64,000 nucleotides of DNA, taken from the NCBI GenBank assembly GCA_036494575.1, contig DASXOE010000048.1:3521-67520 (forward strand). Direction: 5' to 3'. Position numbers and translations under genes: made by a program. The notes beneath the pieces were generated by a model, which worked only from the letters and a program-made list of their open reading frames with translations, was not told where the DNA came from and made no database searches. Every line of letters starts with the position of its first letter. Within the stretch, counting starts at the first letter, position 1. Below, piece after piece: positions 51,665-62,974 of the stretch. The stretch is from Polyangia bacterium. Lineage in GTDB: Bacteria > Myxococcota_A > Polyangia > Fen-1088.

Positions 51665-53107
51665 TCAGCGCGGCGTTCCGAGCGCGCGCGCCGCTTCGCG
51701 GAACGTCTCGACGGCGGGCGTCGGGCGGCGCGTCAGCGCGGGGTCGTGCGCGAAGTCGATCGTGAAGAGTCCGAAGCGGCCCTCGTACCCGTGCGACCAC
51801 TCGAAGTTGTCGATGAGCGACCAATGAAGGTAGCCGATGACGTTCACGCCCTCGCGGCGCGCGCGATCCATGGCGTAGATGTGGGCGCGCAGGAAGTCGG
51901 GGCGGCGGTCACCCCGCGCGTCGGCGACGCCGTTCTCGGTCACGAAGAGGGGCCAGGGTGACGCCCCGTAGCGTTTGAGCACGCGGTAGAGGCCCTCGGG
52001 ATAGATCTCCCAACCCATGTCGCTCGTGGGGCGGTCCGGCGCCGTCGTGGGCTCGTAGCGCTTGGCGCCGAAGAGGTGGCCCACGGTGAGCTCGTGCGTG
52101 TAGTAGTTGATGCCCAGAAAATCGAAGCTCCCGGCGAGCGCCGGAAAGGGCTCGTCGATCTCGAGCACGCGCGGCAGCTTGGCGTGCACGCGCCCGCGCG
52201 CGACGGCGTCGAGGAATTGCTGGTTGTAGAAGTCGTCGGCGACGTTCGCGGCGAGGTGATCGATCGGGTTCCACGAGCGCGGGTCGAAGACGCGCACGTT
52301 GTGGGCGATGCCGATGCGGGTCGCGTGGCCGTCGCCGTCGGCGTCGAGGCGATCATTCGCGCGCAGCGCCTCGGCCATCAAGCCGTGCGCCCGCTCGAAC
52401 GCCGCGAGGGCGCGCACGGCGCGCGCCGGGTCTTTCGCGCCCGGCGGCCACTGGCCCGCGAGGTAGCCCTTCGCGACGTAGACGTTGGGCTCGTTGAGCG
52501 TGATCCACCAGTCGACGAGATCGCCGAAGGCCGCGCCCGCGCGCCCCGCGAACGCGGCGAGCGCCGCCGGCGCGCCCGGCCAGTCCCAGCCGCCGCGCGC
52601 CGCGACCCAGGGCGGCAGCGTGAAGTGGTAGAGCGTGACCATCGGCTCGACGTGCGCGGCGCGCAATGCGACGAACATCTCGCGGTAGCGGGCGGCGGCC
52701 GCGGCGTCCCACGCGCCCTCCGTCGGCTCGAGCCTGCTCCACTCGACGCCGAGGCGGTACATGTTCGCGCCGAGCTGCCCGAGCGCCGCGACGTCGTCAC
52801 GCCAGAGGTTCCACGAGTCGGCGGCGCGCGCCGCGCTCGCTCGGCCCGCGACGTGGGGCGTCCCGTCGGGGTAATGGCCCGGCTCCCACGTCGTCCAGTC
52901 GGTGCGCGCGCCCCCTTCAATCTGGTACGCCGACGTCGCGACGCCCAGGAAGAAGCCGCGCGGCGCGCCCTCGAGCATGCGGTGCGCCGCAATCTCGGCG
53001 GGCGAAAACGCGAGCGGCCCGTCGCACGCCGCCGCCAATGCCGCGAGCAGGGCGGCCGCGAGGCTGCCCGCGAGCCCGCGGTCGCTCCTCCCTGGATGTC
53101 GGCCCAT
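51665..53107 (-). CDS. Glycoside hydrolase family 1 (beta-glucosidase-like) with a lipoprotein-type signal
   Basis: 'TLNEPNVY' carries the acid/base Glu and 'VTENGVAD' the nucleophile Glu, with 'YHFTLPPW' between them. The start was trimmed to 'MGRHPGRSDRGLAGSLAAALLAALAAAC' (lipobox-like). Confidence 0.85.
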   Translation of the reverse strand: MGRHPGRSDRGLAGSLAAALLAALAAACDGPLAFSPAEIAAHRMLEGAPRGFFLGVATSAYQIEGGARTDWTTWEPGHYPDGTPHVAGRASAARAADSWNLWRDDVAALGQLGANMYRLGVEWSRLEPTEGAWDAAAAARYREMFVALRAAHVEPMVTLYHFTLPPWVAARGGWDWPGAPAALAAFAGRAGAAFGDLVDWWITLNEPNVYVAKGYLAGQWPPGAKDPARAVRALAAFERAHGLMAEALRANDRLDADGDGHATRIGIAHNVRVFDPRSWNPIDHLAANVADDFYNQQFLDAVARGRVHAKLPRVLEIDEPFPALAGSFDFLGINYYTHELTVGHLFGAKRYEPTTAPDRPTSDMGWEIYPEGLYRVLKRYGASPWPLFVTENGVADARGDRRPDFLRAHIYAMDRARREGVNVIGYLHWSLIDNFEWSHGYEGRFGLFTIDFAHDPALTRRPTPAVETFREAARALGTPR

Positions 53108-53169
53108 GAACGCGTCGATGATACGCGCCAACTGGAACCTCGGCAGGGCTCGCGGTAAGACAACCCACC

Positions 53170-53787
53170 ATGGCGACCACCGCGTCCCCGAGCTCACCCG
53201 CGCCGCGGCGCCGGTCGATCATCCGGCGCTTCTGGGGCTTCATCATGTTCCTGCTGGCCTTCGGCGCCGCGGGGCTGGCCGCCTACACCTTCTTGCAGCT
53301 CCAGCAGGAAAGGAACGAGCGCGCGCTGCTCGAGAAGAAGATCGCCGACTGGGACCCGAAGTTCGACGCGTTCAAGAACGCCGTGCGCGACATCGATCGT
53401 CACCTGTCGTCGGTCGTCTTCCAGGAGATCGACCTGCCGGGCGCGGGTTGGCAGCCCATCGCGGGCGGGTTCTACGTCATCGATCTCGCGGTCACGCCGC
53501 ACGGCAAGGGCGTCAACGTCCTCGGTAAGGTCATCAACCCGACGTCCGTGACCCACGAAGGCGCGCAGCTCTCCATCAAGATCGGCGCGCACAAGGCAAC
53601 CTTCACGCTCCCGCGCGTGCCGCCCGCCGTCGCGCAGCCCTTCGAGGTCACGCTGCCGGATGTGCCTCCCGCCGACGCGCGGCGCGCCTACTTCGCGCTC
53701 GACAGCTCGACGATCTCCTTCTCGAGCTCGACGACGCGCAAGGGCCCCGGCGCCGGCCCCGTCGACACCGACAAGCTACTCAAGTAG
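53170..53787 (+). CDS. Hypothetical membrane-anchored protein
   Basis: The N-terminal anchor is 'FWGFIMFLLAFGAAGLAAYTF', followed by a coiled-coil-like segment. The bias is coding-like. No homology recognised. Confidence 0.55.
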   Translation: MATTASPSSPAPRRRSIIRRFWGFIMFLLAFGAAGLAAYTFLQLQQERNERALLEKKIADWDPKFDAFKNAVRDIDRHLSSVVFQEIDLPGAGWQPIAGGFYVIDLAVTPHGKGVNVLGKVINPTSVTHEGAQLSIKIGAHKATFTLPRVPPAVAQPFEVTLPDVPPADARRAYFALDSSTISFSSSTTRKGPGAGPVDTDKLLK

Positions 53788-53816
53788 GACCGTCGACCTT
53801 CAGCGAGATCGTTGGC

Positions 53817-56057
<2,241 letters not shown>

Positions 56058-56101
56058 GCGCCGATGGTACCAGGCCCGCGCGCCCGAGCGGGCTCCTCAG
56101 C

Positions 56102-57733
56102 TCAATCGGCGCAGACGATGACCTGGCCGCAGGAGCTCTCGCCCGCCGCGACGATGCCGCCCGAGGGCGACCAGGCGACCGACACGGGCGTGAACATGGG
56201 CACCTTGGACACTCGGTTCTTGCGCGTCGCCGCGTCCCAGATGCCGACCTTCCATTCGTCCATCGGATCGCCCGCCGAGATCGCCAGGTATTTCCCGTCG
56301 GGCGAGAACTTGACCGCCTTGATGCTCTCGGCCGCGCCCGCCGTGTCGGGCACGGTGATCGGCGTCCCCGACGGCGCGCCGTTCGCGGGCGGGGGGATGG
56401 TCCAGAAGCTCACGACGCCGTCGATGCCGCCGGCGACCAGGTTCTTTCCGTCGGGCGAGAACGACATGCCGTAGACGCCCAACATGTCGGCCGAGACCGT
56501 GATGATCGTGGGCGTCGTATGGCCTGGTACGACGTTCGCGATGTTGCCCATGCCATCGTCGAAGCCGACGGCCAGCCACTGCTCGTTGGCCGACATGACG
56601 GGCGAGAGCGCGAGCGTGAAGCCGGCCGAGCCCGTCTGGACCGACGACGCCGCCGCGGGGCCCGCGCCGATGTCGTGGCGGCTCAAGAGGCCGCTGTAGT
56701 CGACGGACCACAGGTGCAGGCTGTCGGAGGTGAACGCCAAGGCCTCGATGTCGTCGCCGTGGCCGGCGAGGTTCGTGATGCGCTCGAACGTCGTCGCGTC
56801 GAGCAGCTGGAGCTGGCCCCCGTTGGAGCCGACCGCGAGGAGCTTGCCGTCGGGGGAGAAGGCGACGTACCCCTGACCGGCGGATTGCACGACGTGCCCC
56901 TCGGGCGCGGGCACGTTCCCGGTCATCTTCCAGATCTTGACGCGGCCGTCGTCGCCGGCCGTGGTCAGCAGACTGCCGTTCGCCGAGAAAACGACGTCCC
57001 AAACGTGGACGGTGGAGTCTCCGCACGGGGCCGCCTCGATGTGGCTGTACTCGGTGCACTTCGCGAGGCTCGGCGGCGAGACGATCTGGATCGCGCCCCC
57101 GGCTCCGGTCACGCCGGCAGCGCCCGACATGCCGGCGGCGCCGGCGGCTCCGGTCATGCCGGCGGCTCCGGTCATGCCGGCGGCGCCGGTCATGCCCGCA
57201 GCGCCAGTCATCCCGGTGGCGCCCGACGTGCCGGCGGTGCCCGACGCGCCCGCGGCGCCCGAGATGCCCGCGGCGCCTGTCGCGCCTGCCGTCCCCGCCG
57301 CGCCTGCGGCGCCATTTGCCCCCGCGGTCCCCGTCGCGCTCGCGCAATCCTTCGCGGGCTTGAGCCCGATCGAGGCGTTCGCGGTTGCCCCCGCCGCGCC
57401 GATCATCGCCTGGCCCGTTCCGCGAACGCACGTCGACGCCGCCGCGTTGGTGGCCGCCGCGTGGAGCACGACCATTCCCGTGAGGTCCGACGACACGTAG
57501 ACACCGAAGACGACGGACTGGCTCGAAAGGCCGCTCGTGAGCGCGAACACCTTGGCGCCGTCCGTCGCGGCCTCGATCGTCAAGGTCTCCAGCGTGGGAT
57601 CGTCCGGGGTCGCCGTGACGGAGACCAAGATGAGCGACTCCTTCTTGCCGCAGCTCTGCGCGCCGAGGGCCGCCAATGCGAGGACGGCCAGGCCGAGCAA
57701 GGTTCGCTTTCCACGCACCGCGAGCGCCGTCAT
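56102..57733 (-). CDS. WD40 beta-propeller lipoprotein with a collagen-like Gly-X-Y stalk (module copy 1)
   Basis: The 773-aa track ORF was trimmed to the ATG at 57733 ('MTALAVRGKRTLLGLAVLALAALGAQSC', lipobox). The ATGA overlaps the upstream gene stop. WD-like blades include 'FSANGSLLTTAGDDGRVKIWK', 'FSPDGKLLAVGS', 'FSPDGKNLVAGGIDGVVSFW' and 'FSPDGKYLAIS'. Confidence 0.8.
   Translation of the reverse strand: MTALAVRGKRTLLGLAVLALAALGAQSCGKKESLILVSVTATPDDPTLETLTIEAATDGAKVFALTSGLSSQSVVFGVYVSSDLTGMVVLHAAATNAAASTCVRGTGQAMIGAAGATANASIGLKPAKDCASATGTAGANGAAGAAGTAGATGAAGISGAAGASGTAGTSGATGMTGAAGMTGAAGMTGAAGMTGAAGAAGMSGAAGVTGAGGAIQIVSPPSLAKCTEYSHIEAAPCGDSTVHVWDVVFSANGSLLTTAGDDGRVKIWKMTGNVPAPEGHVVQSAGQGYVAFSPDGKLLAVGSNGGQLQLLDATTFERITNLAGHGDDIEALAFTSDSLHLWSVDYSGLLSRHDIGAGPAAASSVQTGSAGFTLALSPVMSANEQWLAVGFDDGMGNIANVVPGHTTPTIITVSADMLGVYGMSFSPDGKNLVAGGIDGVVSFWTIPPPANGAPSGTPITVPDTAGAAESIKAVKFSPDGKYLAISAGDPMDEWKVGIWDAATRKNRVSKVPMFTPVSVAWSPSGGIVAAGESSCGQVIVCAD
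57095..57331 (-). repeat. Coding Gly-X-Y triplet array (26 uninterrupted triplets, Pro-free), including an 18-bp tandem sub-repeat (GMTGAA x4)
   Basis: The translation 'GTAGANGAAGAAGTAGATGAAGISGAAGASGTAGTSGATGMTGAAGMTGAAGMTGAAGMTGAAGAAGMSGAAGVTGAGG' has Gly at every third residue. 18-mers of the type cggtcatgccggcggcnc are seen at about 57151-57222. Confidence 0.85.
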
Positions 57734-58389
57734 TCGCACACCACTCCCATGGGGCAGGACGGCCTTGTCGCCCCCCCCGTCGCGATCACCGCGCCGACGA
57801 CGGCACCGGCCGCGACGACGCCAACGATGCCCCAGAACCACCACCGCGTGTAGAAGGGGTGGTCGGCCGCGTCCAGCGGGGGCGGCGACGTTCGCGCGAG
57901 CGCGACCGCGGGCTGATTCACCGTTGGTGGCGGCGCCGCCGGCAGCGCCCTCGGCGGAGGCGTCAGCGGCGCGACGGGGGCGGGCGCCGCCGCGTGCTCT
58001 TGCTCGACGCTCAGGGCCTCCATCTCCGCGATGTAACCTTCGATCTCGGCGCGCTCGTCGGGCGAGATCTTGTCCTTGCCGGACTTCGTCTTCGCCAGGT
58101 AATCCTGGAATGCGTCGATGGCTTGCCGGGGCTCGCGCATCTTCTGGCGACAGCGCCCGATGTTGCGCAGGTAGGCCGGGTGCAGCGTCTCGGCGTACAG
58201 CTTCGCGAAGGCCTCCAGCGCTTCGTCGTAGCGGCCCGCGGCGAACGACTCGCGCGCCTTCATTTCGAGCTCGTTGCGGTGGTGCTCGGCGTACGCCGGA
58301 CGCGTCATGGCCACCGCCGACACCGTCACCCAGAGGAGGACCATGCCCACAACGCCCGTCCGCCCCGTTCTCTTCAGCAAGCCCGACAT
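57730..58389 (-). CDS. Signal-peptide / TPR-like helical / Pro-rich / C-terminal TM protein (module copy 1)
   Basis: 'ARESFAAGRYDEALEAFAKLYAETLHPAYLRNIGRCRQKMREPRQAIDAFQDYL' is TPR-like. 'HPFYTRWWFWGIVGVVAAGAVVGAVIA' is a TM helix, followed by the Cys-containing tail 'SCPMGVVCE'. Confidence 0.7.
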   Translation of the reverse strand: MSGLLKRTGRTGVVGMVLLWVTVSAVAMTRPAYAEHHRNELEMKARESFAAGRYDEALEAFAKLYAETLHPAYLRNIGRCRQKMREPRQAIDAFQDYLAKTKSGKDKISPDERAEIEGYIAEMEALSVEQEHAAAPAPVAPLTPPPRALPAAPPPTVNQPAVALARTSPPPLDAADHPFYTRWWFWGIVGVVAAGAVVGAVIATGGATRPSCPMGVVCE

Positions 58390-58500
58390 GCCACGAAAAC
58401 CAGTAAAGCCTCAGGCGAAGCACGAGTCAAAGGCGCCGCGGCGATGTGACGCACCCGCCGGCAGCGGCCGTCCTCGACTGTCGCTCGCGGGGCCTCCCGC

Positions 58501-60162
58501 TCAATCGGCGCAGATGACGATCTTGCCGCAGGCGACCTCACCCGCCGCGATGATCTTCCCGTCCGGGGAGAAGGCGACGGAGAGCGGGTAATACGTCGGC
58601 ACCTTCGAGCCACGCGCTCCACGGCTCGCCGCGTCCCAAATGCCGACGTGTCCACCGTCGAAGTTCGTACCGATCGCCTGCGCGAGGAAGCGGCCGTCGG
58701 GTGAGAATGTCATCCCGTTGGCGGCCAGGGGATTGCCTCGCGAGTCCATCGTCGTGATCATCGCCCCGACCGGTCGTGGGGACGCAGGGGGCGGCACGGT
58801 CCAGAAGCTCGTGACGCCGTCCTCGCCGCCGGCGGCGAAGGTCTTGCCGTCGGGCGAGAACGCGCCCGCGAGCGTCGCGTACGCGAGATCCGTGCCGGCG
58901 TCGCTCGTGATCGTGAGCGCCATCGTGGGCGTCACCGTGGCGCCCGCGAAGTTCAAGAGGTCGGCGAAGCCGTTGCTGTAGCCGACGCCGACCCACAAGG
59001 CCGTCGGCGTTTGCACGGGCGAGACCGTCAGCGCATAGGCCCCGTTCGGGAGCATGACCGTCTTCGTGGGCGCGTCCGTGCCGACGTTGTGCACGGTCAA
59101 GATGCCGTCGGTGTCCGCAGCGAAGAGCTGCTTGCCGTCGGGCGAGAACCCAACGCCTTCGACGTGGCCCGTCTGTCCCGTGGGTGAGCTCACGACCGCC
59201 CAGGTCGTCGTGTTGTGCACGGTGATCTGCCCGTTGCCGGACCCGACGGCGAAGAACTTGCCGTCCGCGGAGAAGGCCATGTAACCCTGACCCATCGTCG
59301 AGAGCTCGTGCCCTTCGGCCGTGGGTACGGCGCCAGTCATCTTCCAGACCTTGATCCGGCTGTCTTCGCCCGCGCTGAGCAGGAGCTTGCCGTCTGGCGA
59401 GAAGGCGATCGAAAATACGCGCCAGTCTCCGGCGCCGCCCTCGGTGCACATGCCCACGATGTGATCGTATTCGGTGCACTTCGTGAGCGACGGCGGATCG
59501 ACGAGCACGGGCGGTGCGTCGGCGCCGCTGTCTTGGCCGGCCGTCCCCGTCGTGCCCGCGGTGCCTTGCGCGCCGCTGGCACCGCCGTCGTTGCCGGCCG
59601 TGCCCATGGTGCCGGCCGTGCCTTGCGCGCCCGCGGTGCCCTGAGTTCCGGCGGCGCCTTGCGCGTCCGCGGTGCCCGCCGCGCCCATGGTGCCCGCGGT
59701 GCCCATTCCCGAGGAGCCGCTGCCGGCGGCGCCCGTCGAGCCAGAGCAGGACTTCGAGACCGTCAGCTCGATCGGTGCGGCGTCTGTCGTGACGCCCGCT
59801 GACGCGATCGTGACGTGCCCGGAGCCCTCGTAACATCCCGCTGACGCCCCCGCCCGCGCCGTCGCCTCGACGGAGACGTCGCCCGTGACGCTCGATGGAA
59901 CGTAGACGCCCAAGACGAGCGGCGTGCCGGTGAGCCCGCTCATGAGCGTGAACGTCTTCGGGGCCACGCTCCCGACCGTGAGGACGAGCGTCGTGAGGTT
60001 CGCGTCCGCAGGGCTCGCCGTGAGCGAGACGCGCACGAGGGACTTCTTGTCGCCGCAGCTCTGCACGCACAGCGCCGCCAGCGCCAGGGCCGCGAAGGCG
60101 CCGGCCCCGCCGCGCCCTGACGGTCCGCGGGCGCGCGCGGGGTTCTCGCGGGCCGAGCTCAC
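58501..60162 (-). CDS. WD40 beta-propeller lipoprotein with a Gly-rich collagen-like linker (module copy 2)
   Basis: The track ORF was trimmed to the GTG at 60162, which overlaps the upstream stop (GTGA). The lipobox-like signal is 'ALALAALCVQSC'. It is collinear with 56102-57733, including the shared ending 'CG.(I/V)(V/I)(I/V)CAD'. Confidence 0.8.
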   Translation of the reverse strand: MSSARENPARARGPSGRGGAGAFAALALAALCVQSCGDKKSLVRVSLTASPADANLTTLVLTVGSVAPKTFTLMSGLTGTPLVLGVYVPSSVTGDVSVEATARAGASAGCYEGSGHVTIASAGVTTDAAPIELTVSKSCSGSTGAAGSGSSGMGTAGTMGAAGTADAQGAAGTQGTAGAQGTAGTMGTAGNDGGASGAQGTAGTTGTAGQDSGADAPPVLVDPPSLTKCTEYDHIVGMCTEGGAGDWRVFSIAFSPDGKLLLSAGEDSRIKVWKMTGAVPTAEGHELSTMGQGYMAFSADGKFFAVGSGNGQITVHNTTTWAVVSSPTGQTGHVEGVGFSPDGKQLFAADTDGILTVHNVGTDAPTKTVMLPNGAYALTVSPVQTPTALWVGVGYSNGFADLLNFAGATVTPTMALTITSDAGTDLAYATLAGAFSPDGKTFAAGGEDGVTSFWTVPPPASPRPVGAMITTMDSRGNPLAANGMTFSPDGRFLAQAIGTNFDGGHVGIWDAASRGARGSKVPTYYPLSVAFSPDGKIIAAGEVACGKIVICAD

Positions 60163-60830
60163 TGGCAACCCCCGGGGGCCGTGCACGGCGGCTGGGACGT
60201 CCCGCTCGAGAGCGCGACCGCCGTCGCGATCCCACCCAGCGCGACGACGCCCACAGCGGTCCAGAACCACCAGCGCGTGTAAAACGGGTGGCTCTCCTCG
60301 GGCGGCTGCGGCGGCGGCGCCGCAGCCAGCGCCGCAGCCGGCGGACTCTCGACGGCGACGGGCAGGGGAGCCGCGGGCGGCGGCGCAGGCGCCACGGGCA
60401 TGGCCGGGAGTGGCGTCACGGGGGGCGCCGCGGCGCGCGCATCCTGCTCCCGCAGGGCCCGCATGTCTTTGATGTATCCGTCGATCTCCGCGCGCTCGTC
60501 GGCCGAGATCTTGTCTTTGCCCGACTTCGTCTTCGCGAGGTAATCCTGGAACGCGTCGATGGCCTTCTGCGGCTCGCGCATCTTTTGGTGACAGCGCCCG
60601 ATGTTGCGCAGGTAGACGGGATGCAGCGTCTCGGCGTAGAGCTTCGCGAAGGTCTGCAGCGCCTCGTCGTAGCGCCCGGCGGCGAACGACTCGCGCGCCT
60701 TCATTTCGAGCTCGTTGACCTGATGGTCGGCGGCCCGCGCCGGATGTGCCGCCGCGAGCGTCACCAGCAACGTCCCCAGGAAGACGGCACGCCCAGCGCT
60801 ACCAGCGACCTTCTTCGTTAAGCACGACAT
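60159..60830 (-). CDS. Signal-peptide / TPR-like helical / Pro-rich / C-terminal TM protein (module copy 2)
   Basis: It is near-identical to copy 1 over 'NELEMKARESFAAGRYDEAL..FAKLYAETLHP.YLRNIGRC.QKMREP..AIDAFQDYLAKTKSGKDKIS.DERAEI'. It shares the 'HPFYTRWWFW' TM helix and the Cys-containing tail. Confidence 0.7.
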   Translation of the reverse strand: MSCLTKKVAGSAGRAVFLGTLLVTLAAAHPARAADHQVNELEMKARESFAAGRYDEALQTFAKLYAETLHPVYLRNIGRCHQKMREPQKAIDAFQDYLAKTKSGKDKISADERAEIDGYIKDMRALREQDARAAAPPVTPLPAMPVAPAPPPAAPLPVAVESPPAAALAAAPPPQPPEESHPFYTRWWFWTAVGVVALGGIATAVALSSGTSQPPCTAPGGCQ

Positions 60831-60898
60831 TTAGGTCGAAAACAGTAAGGCCTGGGTGGGGGGCGAGTCAAAGTCCGCCGTTGTACACTGCGGCGCCC

Positions 60899-62869
60899 AT
60901 GCCTTCGCCTCGAGACGACGTGTCGTCAGATATGGCTTCGCGCGGTGTGGCGTCGCTCGATATGGCTTCGCGCCTCGGTGACGTCGACATCCACCTCTTC
61001 GCCGAGGGGACGCACGGCCGGATTTACCAAAAGCTCGGCGCGCACGTCGGGAACGAGGGCGGAAAGGCGGGCACCCGCTTCGCCGTGTGGGCGCCCAACG
61101 CCGCGCGCGTCGCCGTCATCGGCGACTTCGAAGGCTGGGGCCAGGCGCCCGTCGCGCTCGCGCTGCGTCCGGGCGCAGGCATCTGGGAGGGCTTCCTGCC
61201 CGGCGTCCTCGACGGCGCGCACTACAAGTACCGCATCACGGCGCAAACCGGCGACTACCGCGTCGACAAGGCGGACCCTTATGGTTTCCGCTGCGAGCTG
61301 CCCCCCGCAACGGCCTCGATCGTCTGCAGCCTCGATCGTCACGCCTGGCAGGACGCCGCCTGGATGGAGACGCGGCGCGCGCGCAACGCCTTCCAAGCGC
61401 CCGTTTCGATCTACGAGGTGCACCTCGGCTCGTGGATGCGCGTGCCTGAGCAGGGCAACCGCTGGCTCACCTATCGGGAGCTCGCGCCCAAGCTCGCGGC
61501 GCACGTCACGGCCTGTGGCTTCTCGCACGTCGAGCTGCTGCCGGTCGCCGAGCACCCCTTCTACCCGTCGTGGGGCTATCAGGTGACCGGCTTCTTCGCG
61601 CCGACGTCGCGCTACGGCACGCCCGAGGACTTCATGTGGTTCGTCGACTACCTGCACGGGCGGGACATCGGCGTCATCCTCGACTGGACGCCGGCGCACT
61701 TCCCCACGGACGAGCACGGGCTCATCTACTTCGACGGCACGCACCTCTACGAGCACGCCGACCCGCGCAAGGGCATCCACGCCGAGTGGGGCAGCGCGAT
61801 CTTCAACTACGGCCGCAACGAGGTGCGCAGCTTCCTCATCTCGAACGCGAACTTCTGGCTCGACCACTATCACGTCGACGGGCTGCGCGTCGACGCCGTC
61901 GCGTCGATGCTGTACCTCGACTACGGGCGGCAGGGCGGCGACTGGGTGCCGAATCAATACGGCGGGCGCGAGAACCTCGAGGCCATCCAGTTCCTGCGCA
62001 CGTTCAACGAGTCGACCTACCGCGACCACCCCGACACGCAGACGATCGCCGAGGAGTCGACGTCCTGGCCCATGGTCTCGCGGCCCACGTACACGGGCGG
62101 GCTCGGCTTCGGCATGAAGTGGGACATGGGCTGGATGCACGACGCGCTCGAGTACTTCGAGCAAGATCCCATCGGGCGGCGCTATCACCACCACAAGCTC
62201 ACGTTCCGCAGCGTGTACTTCTGGAGCGAGAACTTCGTGCTGCCGCTTTCGCACGACGAGGTCGTGCACGGCAAGCGCTCGCTCGTCGAGAAGATGCCGG
62301 GCGACCTGTGGCAGCGCTTCGCAAACCTACGCCTGCTCTACGGCATGATGTGGGCGCAGCCGGGGAAGAAGCTGCTCTTCCAGGGCTGCGAGTTCGGTCA
62401 GTTCAGGGAGTGGGCCCACGACAGCAGCCTCGACTGGAACCTGCTCGGCGAGACGGCGTTCCACACGCAGCTCATGGCGTACGTCGGCGAGCTGAACCGG
62501 CTCTACCGGACCCACGCGGCGCTGCACGCGCGCGACGTGGGCGTCGAGGGCTTCGAATGGATCGACGCCAACGACGCCGAGAACAGCGTGTACTCCTTCC
62601 TGCGCCACGGCCGGGGCGAACGCGAGGTGCTGCTCGCGGTGTTCAACTGCACGCCCATCCCCAGGCGCGACTACCGCATCGGCGTCCCCTTCGCCGGCCG
62701 CTGGAGGGAGCTGCTCAACAGCGACTCCGAGATGTTCGGCGGCAGCGGCCTCGGCAACCTGGGCGCCGTCGAGGCGGAGATGCTGCGCTGCCACGGCCGC
62801 GAGGCGTCCGTGCGTCTCACGCTTCCGCCGCTCTCGGCCACGTACTTCGTCCCCGAGCAACCCCGGTAA
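60899..62869 (+). CDS. glgB: 1,4-alpha-glucan branching enzyme
   Basis: 'FAVWAPNA', 'YKYRI', 'IYEVHLGSW', 'GVILDWTPAHF', 'DGLRVDAVASMLY', 'EESTSWP' and 'LPLSHDEVVHGK' are GH13 branching-enzyme blocks. The start is ambiguous, with ATGs at 60899, 60932 and 60962. Confidence 0.93.
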   Translation: MPSPRDDVSSDMASRGVASLDMASRLGDVDIHLFAEGTHGRIYQKLGAHVGNEGGKAGTRFAVWAPNAARVAVIGDFEGWGQAPVALALRPGAGIWEGFLPGVLDGAHYKYRITAQTGDYRVDKADPYGFRCELPPATASIVCSLDRHAWQDAAWMETRRARNAFQAPVSIYEVHLGSWMRVPEQGNRWLTYRELAPKLAAHVTACGFSHVELLPVAEHPFYPSWGYQVTGFFAPTSRYGTPEDFMWFVDYLHGRDIGVILDWTPAHFPTDEHGLIYFDGTHLYEHADPRKGIHAEWGSAIFNYGRNEVRSFLISNANFWLDHYHVDGLRVDAVASMLYLDYGRQGGDWVPNQYGGRENLEAIQFLRTFNESTYRDHPDTQTIAEESTSWPMVSRPTYTGGLGFGMKWDMGWMHDALEYFEQDPIGRRYHHHKLTFRSVYFWSENFVLPLSHDEVVHGKRSLVEKMPGDLWQRFANLRLLYGMMWAQPGKKLLFQGCEFGQFREWAHDSSLDWNLLGETAFHTQLMAYVGELNRLYRTHAALHARDVGVEGFEWIDANDAENSVYSFLRHGRGEREVLLAVFNCTPIPRRDYRIGVPFAGRWRELLNSDSEMFGGSGLGNLGAVEAEMLRCHGREASVRLTLPPLSATYFVPEQPR

Positions 62870-62974
62870 ACCAGCCGCAAACTCCATTACTTATGGCTCA
62901 TTTTCTGGACCGACGATGGGTGGCCAGCGAGAAGTTCTCGACACTGGATACTTCGAGTCGTATCATAGGCTCAA

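Noticed and set aside
60929-60973. A 15-bp sequence (gatatggcttcgcgc) repeated 30 bp apart at the 5' end of glgB, giving 'DMASRGVASL / DMASRLGDVD'.
   Set aside because: It is a small local duplication that only creates alternative in-frame ATGs. It has no evident function beyond start-codon ambiguity, which is noted in the glgB feature.
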